DNA of 64,000 bases, from contig NC_087245.1 in NCBI RefSeq assembly GCF_037042905.1, positions 2,048,001-2,112,000 of the forward strand, given 5' to 3'. Position numbers and translations under genes: made by a program. The notes beneath the pieces were generated by a model, which had not been told where the DNA came from, searched no databases, and saw only the letters and a program-made list of their open reading frames with translations. This DNA comes from Lytechinus pictus. Taxonomy: Eukaryota. Shown here piece by piece: positions 14,485-27,676 of this stretch; position 1 is the stretch's first letter; each line of letters opens with the position of its first letter.

Positions 14485-15370
14485 CTGGTGTGGCAGATCA
14501 GGAGAAAATCAATGATAGTAGTGTCTTTTTGATGGCAGGTGTGTACTAGCCTGTTGACGCCATGCTCTTAATAGATGAGATCTCATTCACATGAATCTGT
14601 AGGCAAATAACAATACAGCAAAGTGCAATCAATATTAGTGATAGAAATGTATGTTAATAGTAGAAAATCAAAAATGTTCATGTCCAAGCTAATTAGGGTT
14701 AATGAGAATAGAATCAAACTCAAAGTAACCGTGGACAAAATCATGGAATAATCCGGAAAAAGTAATTACTATATATTTCAGATTGGCTCAAGAAAATGAT
14801 TGCGAAAGGAAAAGGAAGTGAACCCAGCAATAGCAATAGACTTGCACAAATTGCAATCTTGATTTTAAATCAGCAAGATGTTATATGGATACTTAAAATT
14901 CAAAGTAAGCTTTGATCTAACTTTTGACTTGACCACCAGAATAATAATACACACAAAGTAAATTGAAGATACAAAGATGCAACAATCCAAGATGACTCAC
15001 AGTCAAATGTGACAGGAAAACAGATGGGTATGAATTATTCACATAATTATTTTAGTTTTATGAGTCACTGCATCAGACAAATATAATCCAGCAAATTACC
15101 TCTTTTCAATCTAGAGCAAGATTTTGGCTGACAAAAAGCTCCTAACCATGGTTAAGCAAACTAAAATACATGCACCACTGATCGACCCTGGCATGGCCTG
15201 ATTTGCGCCACCTAAATACATTGTACCCTTAACCATGTTCAGTCCTAGTTAGATCATGGAACTGGTCCATGACCACTTCTTTTCTAGTTTCAAATGTTTG
15301 GCCAACCAAAGATCTTTCAAATATTAATTTTAGCCAGCCGAGTATGACTTTCTATATGTTGATTAAATAG

Positions 15371-15424
15371 ATAGTCAATTGTGGCAGTGAAAGGGTAAAC
15401 CCTTTCACTGCCACAATTGACTAT
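15371..15424. repeat. Perfect 26-bp-arm hairpin, probably two piggyBac-like ends back to back
   Basis: atagtcaattgtggcagtgaaagggt-aa-accctttcactgccacaattgactat. Confidence 0.85.
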
Positions 15425-15427
15425 TGA

Positions 15428-16100
15428 CCATTGTCAGCACTGCTACCATTGCCAGCACTGACTACCATTGCTAACACTGACTACCATTGGCAGCACTAGC
15501 TGACCCTCATTGGCAGCACTGACTACCATTGCCAACACTGACTACCATTGGCAGCACTGACTCTCATTGGCAGCACTGACTACCATTGCCAACACTGACT
15601 ACCATTGGCAGCACTGACTCTCATTGGCAGCACTGACTACCATTGCCAACACTGACTACCATTGGCAGCACTGACTCTCATTGGCAGCACTGACTACCAT
15701 TGGCAGCACTGAATACCATTGACAACACTGACTACCATTGGCAACACTGACTACATGTACCATTGGAAACACTGACTACAATTGGCAGCACTGACTACAA
15801 TTGGCAGCACTGACTACATGTACAATTGGCAGCACCGACTACAATTGGCAACACTGACTACAATTGGCAACACTGACTACCATTGGCAGCACTGAATACC
15901 ATTGGCAACACTGACTACAATTGGCAACATTGACTACCATTGGCAGCACTGACTACCATTGGCAGCACTGACTACCATTGGCAACACTGACTACCATTGG
16001 CAACACTGACTACCATTGGCAACACTGACTACCATTGACAACACTGACTACCATTGGCAGCACTGAATACCATTGCCAGCATTTGCTAGCATTGCCAGCG
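15428..16100. repeat. 19-bp minisatellite, about 35 copies (CACTGACTACCATTGGCAG)
   Basis: Contiguous tandem units with ordered variants. Confidence 0.95.
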
Positions 16101-16200
16101 CTTGCTTTCTTCAAACATCTCTAATCAAACTCACATGACATACATGTACATGTACATGAATCTATCCATCATTGCTTTTTTTAATGTTTACATTTCATTT

Positions 16201-16827
16201 TTAAAGGTCAAGTCCACCCCAGAAAAATGTTGATTTGAATAAATAGAAATAAATAAAACTAGCATAATGCTAAAAATTTCGTCAAAACCGGATGTGATTG
16301 TAAAATAAGAAAGTTATGAAATTTTAAAGTTTCGCTTATTTTTCACAAAACAGTGATATGCACAACTCAGTGACATGCAAATGAGACGAGGATGATTTCC
16401 CTCACTCACTATTTCTTTTATTTTTTATTGTATGAATTATACAATGATCAATTTTTTACAGATTTGACAATAAGGACCAACTTGACTGAACAATATAGTA
16501 TTAAACAATGCTAATTCCACATGTTCAGGGAGGAATTACGGTAACCGTTGTTGCACTTGACAATGAGAAAATTAGAATATTCCATATTTCATATAATAAA
16601 ATACAAAAGAAATAGTGAGTGGATGTCACCAGTCTCCTCAGAGTCCTCATTTGCATACCAACCAGGATGTGCATATAACTGTTTTGTGAAATTAAGCGAA
16701 ACTTTAATAAAAAGTCATAGCTTTCTTATTTTACATCTGATTTTGATGAAATTTTCAGTGTTATGCTTGATGGACTATTTTCTTTTTATTCAAATCAACT
16801 TGTTGTTGGGGTGGACTTGTCCTTTTA
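16201..16827. mobile_element. Kolobok/T2-like MITE
   Basis: ttaaaggtcaagtccacccc ... ggggtggacttgtccttt; relatives at 28581, 40807, 56355. Confidence 0.8.
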
Positions 16828-18030
16828 TTAAGTCATTTGCCATCATTCAGTGTTTCACAACCTTTAAATGCATTTTAGATACAACCTTTAAACGCAATCT
16901 ACATTAGAAGTCAAATGTTTCAAATAATGCTTACAAAGAATGAAAGTAAAAACAATATTGAATTTATTAAGTATATCAATTAGCAAAGAGTAAGCTGAGA
17001 AAATAAATAGGAAAATTTTCTCAAATACATACTGTATTCTAATGATAAGATCTGGATTCCCCCACCATACACAATAATATTGCTAAATGGTGGGGAGGCA
17101 AAAAAATAATCATTCAGTTATAATTAAACTACTGTATCTCAGCGAAAATTCAAATATTTAGAATAGTGACCAAAACTGGGTTGCCATTTAGTATCATCAT
17201 AAACAAAATTAAAGATGTTACATCTTTAAAGTGCATTAATAATGACATGAAATGCAAACAAATGTGCATGTTTACAGTGTTACGTCTAAATTTATACGCA
17301 AGAACTTGGAATAGTCATTTATTGCAAAGATTCTACTTGCCCCTTTGAATGTCAATTGGGATCATCTACAAGGTACATGTAAACATGATCGAGTGGAGTG
17401 AAGAGAGAACATGAGATGAAAGCTCGTTAATAATTGACAGCTGCCACAGTCACCCATTATCGAAACAAACAAATGCTTCTCATTAACATATCTGTGTGAA
17501 TCTGTCATTACAAAGTCACAATATTTATGATCATTAATGTTATACATCACAAAACTTCACCATGATACCATGGTTACAGGAGTTTTATACCTCTTGGAAT
17601 AATTTTACTTTATGAAATGATTTCATTTTCAAATCTGGTGGCATACATGTGTATACATACAAACAACAAAATCAATTTAATGCACACTATCCAGTGGATG
17701 TAAAGTGTACTAGATGAGATCTGGTATACTGTATGTGCAGGCGCATGCTATTTTAATAATACAAATTGACAAAGCGACCATTTGATTGGGACATGTACAA
17801 TGTACTCCTCTACAGTTTTTCAAGGGATCAATTAACTGTGACTGTGTTGAAAGTATTTGCAACTTTGCATTAAATTGAGAGGTACATTGTAAATGTAGTC
17901 ATTATAATCAACATTGGCAATACTAGTACATTATTACATCATTTACATGTACATGTACCATTTACATTTAAGTCTCTAGAAAAAGATCTATTTTTTTCAA
18001 AGAAAATACAACTCTTCATATACATGTATA

Positions 18031-20439
18031 CACAACAAAAAAAGTAAGTCCCCCCTTAAACAAACATCCATAATTTCCTAACCAATGCGAGTTTTTAATA
18101 CATTTTTACATGAGCGTGTAGGTAATTTCATAAGCTACCCTCTGAGTAAATGTCATGGACGTATTTTATGTCATGCTTCAGTGAGCTTCGCCAGAAGGCA
18201 AAATTGTCACTTTTCAAAAGTCACACGCCAAATATCATGATTTTGATTCCACTTTATTGGAACGAATTCCACATTCTCATCATGAAAAATAGTCAGAAGG
18301 CTTGTAAAAGACACTACTTTCTAAAAGACGATACAAGGTTTTTGTTAAATTTCACAGTTGAATAAACACAAGTTAAAATTTTCTATAATTGGAGTTTATT
18401 ACACATTTCTATCGATAAAAATGATCTAATATGATGACAATTATTTTTGGGAAGAGTATTTTCAACAATATTAATCATTTCACGAATCAATGAAAATTAA
18501 ATGAAAGCAAAAAATACGAATTTCAAATATCATAGGCAAGTATTGTTTCATTTTGGTAACTGAAATAATCTTTCCTCAACTTTTTTTGTTATGTTCATGA
18601 CCATTTAACATGCTGCAATGATTCAAATGCGTTTAATTAAACATTCACGCCTGAATGAACATGTGGAATGCGATTAGCTCTTTTTTTCGTTATTGGAAAA
18701 AATGCAATTGCTAACTATGGATATTTGTCACAAACCTCCTTGCATCGTTCATTTAATGTGATTTTTATGAAAATCCCGATGTTTAATGCTTCAGTGAGCA
18801 CACAATATTCGAAAATTATGCAAATGAGAAGAAAGTTTAAGGACTTAGCCCCACTCTGTGCCATATCGAATGATTATTTTGGTGTGCGCGCCTTTCGGAT
18901 AGTGTTAATCTAAAGCTATGTGCGAAGTTTCATGAAGAAATTGTTGGCAGAAGTAACAAAAACCGTCCATGAAACAAACCCTCATTTCATTTTTGTTAAA
19001 ATTTTGACTTCCTCTCTCATAGACATTATGTAAACTATGGGTGCATATGTTTAAGAATAAGTGACCCCTTATTCAATATGGTGGAACTTTTTTTCAAGGC
19101 TGTCTTTAGTGATGTCATTTAGCAGTTATATTTATCAACCTATGGGCAGAATTATGTGCAAAAATGAAATCGATATGTTTATTCATGGATGAGTGAGCAT
19201 GCATCAAAGTGGGCAAAGAGGCATTTTCAATGTCACAGACTCATTTTGAGGGGGTAATGAAGGGAATAATGGGGGCAAATTTGGTTTCAAACGTGACTTA
19301 ATTGCTGTTGTTTTTATCGTCCATCAGTTTTATCACCACACACTTCCGAACTTTTAGCATTTTCATGGTTGAGCGAGCACATTCGAAAACTTGGGAATGA
19401 ATACTCTGTATACTGCATAAATGCAGACCTTCATTTTTGAGGAGCGCGATCGCGCCGGCGCTCCTACCGCGCTCCTAAATAAAAATACGGAGAACAAAAA
19501 ATCGCGCTCCTAAAAAAAAATTAAAAAATTGAAAATTGCTAAAATTTCATATTTTACATCTCAGTTGAAAACTATCAGAAAAATGAAGAATATTCACCTC
19601 TTTCCCGACTCTTGTTTTTAATTCAAACTCGGTAAATATTGTAGTCTCATATATGTAGATTTTTATGGCAACACCATGGAAGTCTACATGTGGGACTACA
19701 ATATTTACCGAGTGTAAGTTCAGATCAGAGTCGGAAAAGAGGTGAATATTCTTCATTTTTCTGATAGTTTTCAACTAAATCAAAATAATTTCAAGGAATT
19801 ATGGAAAAAAAAAAAATTTAAAGCAGGAGCGTGATATTTTGTAAACGTATTGACCCAGGCCTAGTTTCACCACAGATTAATTAATAGCTACACAGCTATT
19901 GCATATATATACAATGTTAAGAAAAAAATCTACAATCTATCATACTTGAATTGATTTGAGCTCCTCAAGGAGAGCGATTCTGAGGAGCTCAATTGAGCTC
20001 CTCAAAAAAATAAGGAGAGCGATTTATTGAGCTCCACGAAATTATAAACGTGAAGGACTGTAAATGCATCCTTTTCCTAACAATTTCTCAGGATCAGTTG
20101 AATTTATGGACAAATCAGTGGTGGATCCAGAATTTTGAAATGGGGAGGGGCTGAGTAATTGGGGGAGCGACCAACATTTTCCAATTATAACATGTTTTAA
20201 CAAGTTGTATAGGGGACACTGCCATAAACCCCTATGATGATACGTCACAAAACATTGTGCTCACTCAACCATAAACATACGATATCAAAATTTGTGTGAA
20301 GTGGCTAAATGATGGATAGTAAAACAGCATTAACACCATAAAATTCACCTAAACCACCTACGAAATATCATATTTAAAAATTATTCCGTTCAAAAGTTAC
20401 AGCAATTTGATTTAGGGGGGACTTACTTTTTTGGTTGTG
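18031..20439. mobile_element. Non-autonomous Tc1/mariner-type element with CA...TG ends
   Basis: TA|cacaacaaaaaaagtaagtccccc ... ggggggacttacttttttggttgtg|TA; no transposase ORF seen. Confidence 0.85.
19424..20060. mobile_element. Nested TIR element with 6-bp TSD (taaatg), hAT-like CAG ends, and an internal ~215-bp palindrome (19563-19776)
   Basis: taaatg|cagaccttca ... tgaaggactg|taaatg; subterminal gaggagc repeats. Confidence 0.7.
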
Positions 20440-20519
20440 TATACATGTATATTCAACAGTGTATAATGTGATTGTTTTCCCCCCATTTTTAAATTTTTTA
20501 AAGAAGAACACAGTAGACC

Positions 20520-21045
20520 CTGGGGAGGGAGGGGGCAGTCAATGATTCAAATGTATTGCTGTACACATGCGTGACCAAATTATTATACCCCCTATTAAAC
20601 GAGTTTTTCTCTGTGTGCAAAATAACCCCCTAAACAAGTTTTTCATAGGCTTCATTTACACATTTTGGCCCCTAAACAAGTTGTCGCCAGAATATGACCC
20701 CTAAACAAGTTTTGTCTCGGGCCCAAAAACTTTTCAGAAATGAGGAAAAAGCCCTGAGGAAAAGCTTGGGGAAAAAACATATCCTAAACACGTATGGCTA
20801 GTCTTAAAAGAAAGGTTTGGAAAAAAAACATGTACCCTTTATGTTTGACCCCGCGATTGACCATTGACCAGTCTTTCAAAACCACCCTTTTTTTAAAATC
20901 AGTGTTTTTTTATACCCTTAACGAGTGCATGCGCGGCCCGCGGCCAAAACTGAAAAAAAAAAACTTTAATATCAAACACGTTTTCTTGGCCATGCATACA
21001 TGTGTACAGCAATATATTTGACTGCCCCCCCCCCCCCCCCCCCCG
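20520..21045. mobile_element. MULE-like MITE with G/C-run TIRs
   Basis: 9-10 bp TSD acagtagac(c) at 20510 and 21046; TIR ...gcagtcaa..tattgctgtacacatg. Confidence 0.75.
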
Positions 21046-22655
21046 ACAGTAGACCAAGTTCAGACTTCAAAGTCAGAGGAAGTCCTGATTTCTGAACCTG
21101 AAGGAAATCCTGAGATTTCCCTTCATTATGTATTAATGAACCCTACTTGCTACTACAGTTACTCAGGATCAAGCTATACCCGAGCCCCTTCCCATTAATC
21201 ATATTTCCAGGCAACACACTGCACATGGGTGTTATTGCAAATCAAGTGAATTCCAACAGCAGTGTACATGTACATGTGTAGATGGCTGATCAATCATATT
21301 TGATGGAGGTGTCTCACAAAACCCTGAAATGGAGATCTAAGGAACTGACTACAAGATCTACAGTGGTGAAGAATTAAACTTATCTTCCATATTACATGTA
21401 GTCCAGTTTGGCCATTGATAGAGGGTAGCTTCATGTAGGCTACATTGTACATGTACCTTTCCCAGAACCAACATAGGGAATAACACATGAGCTGAGAGGA
21501 TTGTCACTGGGTTAGGCAAGTCGGCTCTGGCAAAGCTAACTTCCCTCTGAACTACTTCCGCAAGGGCAAAGTACTCTAAATGTTCCTTAAGTTCAAGTTT
21601 GTAATAAAGTAGCCTAACTTCATTCTTCAAAGGTTACTCGTGGCCACACTATATGGCTCATCAATGACAACTGGTCATATCATCTCCCCACATGTAAAAT
21701 GTGTATCGATATGGACATACATGTATAGCCTACATCTACATGTTCAGTATAGGCCTCCATCATAAGTGGTCCAATATTTAACATAAAAACTAAAAAGATA
21801 TGGAAAAACATCTTTAAAAGTGTACACATGTAGGCCGACAAGTACAAAAGAGTACCAAAGTGTGACATCAATTTTCACTTTTTGCATTTCAGTGTTTTTT
21901 ATATCATATTTTGGTAGAGCATGATAACAAAAAACCACAACCCAAATTTGGTGAGAATCAGTCAATGGGGTCCCAAGATATGACCTCATGAATATGTAAT
22001 TAGCCCCATTGAAGTGAATTATTACTGGCCTGGTTCTCAAAGTTAGAAACCAGGCCAATTGACTTCAATGAGGCTAATTATGTATTCATGAGGTCATATC
22101 TCAGGCCCCCATGGACCGATTCTCACCAAGTTCTGGGTATCAAAATCGCTAAAATGCAAAAAAAAAGGTTTTGTGACGTCATCACTTCAGTACCATACTC
22201 TATTACATACATTGTATGATTTGTAATGTTCTACTGCTACATGGATGTTTGTGTATTTCATGTATTGTAACCACACTGTATTATCCCCGCACAAATTTTC
22301 ATAAAATAATTATTAAAAATAACACAAACACTAACAACAACAAAACACATACCTGTACAGGGAGAGATACGTACATGTACATGTAGAGACAAAGTCTTTA
22401 CACAACAGCATCTCTGTACAAATACATTTACGTTCTTAATAAATATGAAATGATATATTCTAGGAAGTCAAGGTTTCAGTCAACTCGGAAAAACAACAAT
22501 GCACTCAAAATTACAACATCATTTATCCCCCCAAATACATGTACTTCCTCAAATCGCAGTATACAATATGTCTATGCATACACTTCCAAATGAATACTGT
22601 CTGTATGTCTGCCTAATGAAAATACTCCTACTCAAGTCATTTCAAAACTTCTTTA

Positions 22656-24301
22656 AGCCCCCTTTACACCAGATGAAGTTCCCGCTATGTTGTTGAAATT
22701 CAAAAGAAAACCTAGGACCTGGCAACAAATTTGTTTGATTTCCTCGAACAATGTGAAATTGTCAAGTGCATGCTGCGTCCGTGCCACGTCCTTGTCAATT
22801 TTGAACTAAGTTTATTCTGCGCGCACAAGCGTTCCATGCTGCGAAATGATTCCCACTACGTTCGGACTACCGTACATCCAGCAAATGACACAATTTGTTG
22901 TACCTTGTCTATTTGGCATAGCTCCAACTGATACCCCCATTACACCAATGCTACGTCCATGCAGCTCTCGCTGCATCAAAGAAAAATGACTATGACGCAG
23001 TGGGAACCGCTACAGCATACTGAGAGCAAAGCGAGAACTACATGTATTATTGACTTGGCATAGTCTTCATTAGACCAAAAGCTTCGGTCTCTGTTACATG
23101 TATATTGGTTGTTCTGCTGAACTCCGTTGGCTCCACTCACCAATTACAGAGACCGTAGTTCTAACTCAATTTGTACAGGGACTCAATGGCAAAAGAAGAC
23201 AAGTTAAAAAAAAAACCTGATAAAACCATTTTTAAAGTAATAATTACTGTACATAACCTAGTATTATGAGTGCCATAATGATATTTGGACTCATTTCTTA
23301 CCCTAAATTCCCGCCTTGAAAGAAACTGATTAAAATTAATATCTTCATGTGATTCTAATCGTTTGTTGGACTATGTAAGCTGCCATGATGCCATCTTGGT
23401 TCTGAAAATGATGACAGACTCCACCCACGGAAATAAAAATGCTTTTTTTTTCTTTTTGGTGCATTTAAGGCCATAACGAAACATTAATCTTTATTTTGGT
23501 CCAGTTCTTTTTATATATTTTATGAAATAAGGACAAAATCATTTTTTTTGTATTGTTAACCCCCTAATGGCGGCTGCACGATCGTGAGCCATCTGTGTAT
23601 GAGGAGAAATGTAAAAAAATTTAAAATGTTAAAAAAACTCCTCAAAAAAGACGGCTGCCAGCTGTCTAAGTCTGCATGATCTCCACAGACCAAGTTTCCG
23701 CCACATATCCAAAGTCCAAGTAGCGGAAACCGTTTCGACGAAGTATGGACCGCTTCTTCGCCCACAATAAACCTAGTTCAAAACTGACAAGGACGTGGCA
23801 TGGACGCAGCATGCACTTGACAATTTTATATTTTTTTATAACATCAAATGTTAGCACCGCATCCTAGGTTTTCTTCAGAATTTCAACAACGTAGCAGGAA
23901 CTTCATCTGGTGTAAAGTATGTAGTGACAACGGAATATGCTTAGCGGCCGTGCAGTAGACATAGACAGAGTTGTTGCTAGTTCTTTATATTCCACCATGT
24001 CTATGCTACGTCAATGGAGCTGTTAATAGTAGGTGTCCTATGATGGTCCTTGCTGAGTCATTACTACATGTACGCGCTATTCAGATGGCGCTCCTGCTAC
24101 GTGGACTTTGCTTTGGACATGTTCAAAGTCCACGTAGCGGAAAATGGGTCTCCGGAGATCATGAAGACTACATGTATGCCACATCACTGACATTTCTCAG
24201 AACGCTCTCAGTACCCTGATGCAGTTCCCCACTGCATCACGGCCATGTTTTGTTGACGTAGTGAGAACTGCATGGATGTAGTGTTGGTATAAAGGGGGTA
24301 T
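22656..24301. mobile_element. Harbinger-like MITE containing an inverted copy of its own family (22931-23917)
   Basis: Outer ends agccccctttacacc / ggtataaagggggtat; inner ends atacccccattacacc / ggtgtaaag; A-B-A'-B' inverted-repeat pattern. Confidence 0.65.
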
Positions 24302-25632
24302 TATAGACATCACAAAGATAGATATTAATTTTTCAATCCTGGCCGAGAAACTATTTTCTTGTTTAAAAAAAATAGTAAGATAGCAAATAGGACCTCCCTC
24401 ATCACTGCTCTCGAAAAACCTGGACGATCAACTACTTTCTTTTTTACTTGGCCTAAAAGGAGTAACAAAGAGTAGAAGTCAACCAGTTAATATTGCAACT
24501 CACATCTCTATGTCGAGTGTATGATTTATGAATCCATCGTGTTGTACTACCCCCAGCCAGTACAAATGATACATGTACATAGCATATCTGTACATCGTTC
24601 TTGTATTTGGAGTAAAGGCCTCTCAATCCAGAGACAATAGCAAAATAAGACGGGTATGAGTCAGATTGCAAGTTCTCACTATCAGGGGCCAGGAGTTTAT
24701 TTGTAGTGTGTTACATTTCACTGCATGAAAAATTGAAGATATCCCAATAATAATCAATAATTCATTAGCATAACTGCAAATGCCTGGAACCAAAATAAAA
24801 GCATCCAAAGTCCCTAAATACTGTACAAAAAAAAAAAAAAGAGTCCCAAAATGTCAGACATTTGAACACTAAAACAATATTTTGCACATGCCCATGCACA
24901 CAATCTAACTGTTGAAACAGGACTGTTCCTCACTTGGAACATAAGTTTTGTTTTAATCTTGCAGAATTACATACTTTAATAGTAATACATGTACATGTAG
25001 ACTGTCCATACTTCCTTAGGTCACAACTCTTTTTAGAACAGTATACCAAGTCCTTCTGAAACTGAAAGTGCACTCTGTGTTACTTCCTGTGGCGACAGAC
25101 ATGTAATGCTACTTGTTAACACTTTAACAAGCTCAGCCTAATCCTGCCATCTCATTCCTCGCCCTTTTTTATCCCCACATTCCTCCTTTCTTAATCCCAA
25201 ATAACCCTACTTCTTGAATATGTGACTCGATCATTCAACATTGTAATTCAGAAGCACTTGATATGGTGTACTCAGCTAGTAAAATATAAAATAAAAACCC
25301 AAACCAAAGCTAAAAGCAAAGTTGACAGAGCTGCCAACCTTGTCACCAAATATTTGTTTTTCCAAAAAAAAAAAAAAATTTCAATCTCCCATCTTTTTTA
25401 AAAGAATGTATTTATTGACCTTTGTCATGCAGCTTTTTTCCAATACATTTGTTATTCTGAAATCAATAACCTCTGGGGTAAAATGTAAGTGGTTAAAAAA
25501 GAAAACAATTGGATCACCTCTGGCAGTCTCGCCTGCATGAGTTATTCAATATAGCAGCACTGCCAACTCTGAAAGTAACTAGAATATTTTTTCCCAAAGA
25601 GGGAAAAAAACATTCATTTCATAATTACACAC

Positions 25633-27676
25633 CCAGGGGGGCCACTTCCATTGACAAGTGGATACCGTGCGTGACCAAAAAAAAATATGTAAAAAGGATC
25701 CCTTTTTCAAGAAAGGGCACGTTACCGTACGTAAAAATTCTCTCTGAGTACAATTTTGTTCAAATTTGATAAACTTTATCCTATTCAATTTGATTGAAAA
25801 AGATGTAAAAGAACGTCCAGTTGATTTAATACGTGAGGTACAAACAATAAACATCAAATGAACAACAATAAATCAAAATAATCATTTAACAATCAATAAC
25901 AATCAAGAAAAAATAAACAATGTTAAACATTAAATGAATTGGTAAACAAGCAGGACAAACTGCGATGCAAAACCATGCGTTAAATCATGAAAAAAAAGAA
26001 TGGCTCTCAAAAACTGAAAATGGCTCTTGTAAAATGAACAAGTGGAATGCCTCTGGCCGTCTCACCTGCATCACGCGATTCAATATAGCAGCAGTGCTGA
26101 TTTTGAAAACTACTATAACTCGCACAAGATGTTCAGTGATACTTGGTTACTCTTATTTCCACGTTTTATGAACTAGACCAATACACTTATAGAGATATGA
26201 TGGCAATTCAACAAATACCCCCAACGTGGCCAAAGTTCTTTGACCTTACATGACCTTTGACCTTGATCATGTGACCTGAAACTCGCACAGGATGTTCAGT
26301 GATACTTGATTACTATTATGTCCAAGTTTTATGAACTAGACCAACACTTTCAAATTTATGGCTGTAATTCAACAAATACCCCAATTTGGCCAAAGTTCAT
26401 TGACCCTAAATGACCTTTGACCTTGATCATGTGACCTGAAACTTGCACAGGATGTTCAGTAATACTTGATTACTATTATGTCCAAGTTTCATGAATCAGA
26501 TCCATAAACTTTCAAAGTTATGATGGTAATTCAACAGATACCCCCAATTCGGCCAAAGTTCATTGACCCTAAATGACCTTTGACCTTGGTCATGTGATGT
26601 GAAACTCATGCAGGATGTTCAGTGATACTTGATTAACCTTATGTATAAGTTTCATGAACTAGGTCCATATATTTTCTAAGTTATGATGACATTTCAAAAA
26701 CTTAACCTTAGGTTAAGATTTTGATGTTGATTCCCCAACATGGTCTAAGTTCATTGACCCTAAATGACCTTTGACCTTGGTCATGTGACATGAAACTCAG
26801 GCAGGATGTTCAGTAATACTTGATTAACCTTATGGCCAAGTTTCATGAACTAGGTCCATATACTTTCTAAGTTATGCTGTCATTTCAAAAACTTAACCTC
26901 GGGTTAAGATTTGGTGTTGACGCCGCCGCCGCCGTCGCCGCCGCCGTCGGAAAAGCGGCGCCTATAGTCTCACTCTGCTATGCAGGTGAGACAAAAATGG
27001 CTCTCAATTTTTTTTTTAAATGGCTCCCTAATATTGAAAATTAATTTTTACACTGGTAATAAGGGTGTCAAAAAAACAAGAGTGTCGCTACTTAAGGCGA
27101 GCACATAATACGCCCACCTGCAACGCGGAAAATGGAGCTATTGGTGATTGGTCAAGCAAGTGGAAGGTGGCGACTTCACCTTTGACCTTCTGACCTCAAA
27201 ATTAAAAGGCTTCCTGTGATCTATGCTAGTATCATACACACCAAATTATATGAGCCTAGATTAAGTTCAACTGAAGTTATCGCATTTACAAGGACTGCAG
27301 AAGGGTAAGGTGAAAACATGTCACTGTGACCTTGACCTTTTGTATAAAAAGGGGTATATATTTCGCTAGGAAACGTGTTTACAGTCCAATTTGCGAGGGT
27401 ATAAAAAGAATAAAATATCTTCTTGCCCCAACACTACGTGTTTAGGGTCCGATTTGAGCGAGGTGTGTGGGGTGGAACTAAACCCAATGAAAGTAAAGGT
27501 AAAGCCGATGTCCCTGACCTAACCCCTCCTTGTTAAGGGTAGGGTTTCACACGCCAATACTTGTTAAGGGGGGCATTTTCAGAACATGGAAAATACTTGT
27601 TTAGAGTGCTTTTTGAAACCCCATGGTCACGCATGGTATCCACTCATTAATGGAAGTGCCCCCCCCCCCCCCCAGG
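25633..27676. mobile_element. TIR element of the CCGGGG-ended family, hosting the 26037 element
   Basis: gccacttccattgacaagtggatacc..gtgacc / ggtcacgcatggtatccactc..aatggaagtgcc; another end of the family at ~30620-30665. Confidence 0.7.
26037..26997 (+). mobile_element. Helentron/HINE-like element with internal ~160-bp TGACCTTTGACC tandem units
   Basis: Sub-terminal IR gtctcacctgcat / atgcaggtgagac, GC-rich hairpin cgccg..cggaaaagcggcg near the end, A-run flanks, no TSD. Confidence 0.75.

Noticed and set aside
15428..16100. CRISPR-like array
   Set aside because: Units are contiguous with no unique spacers, there are no cas genes, and the context is a eukaryotic intron.
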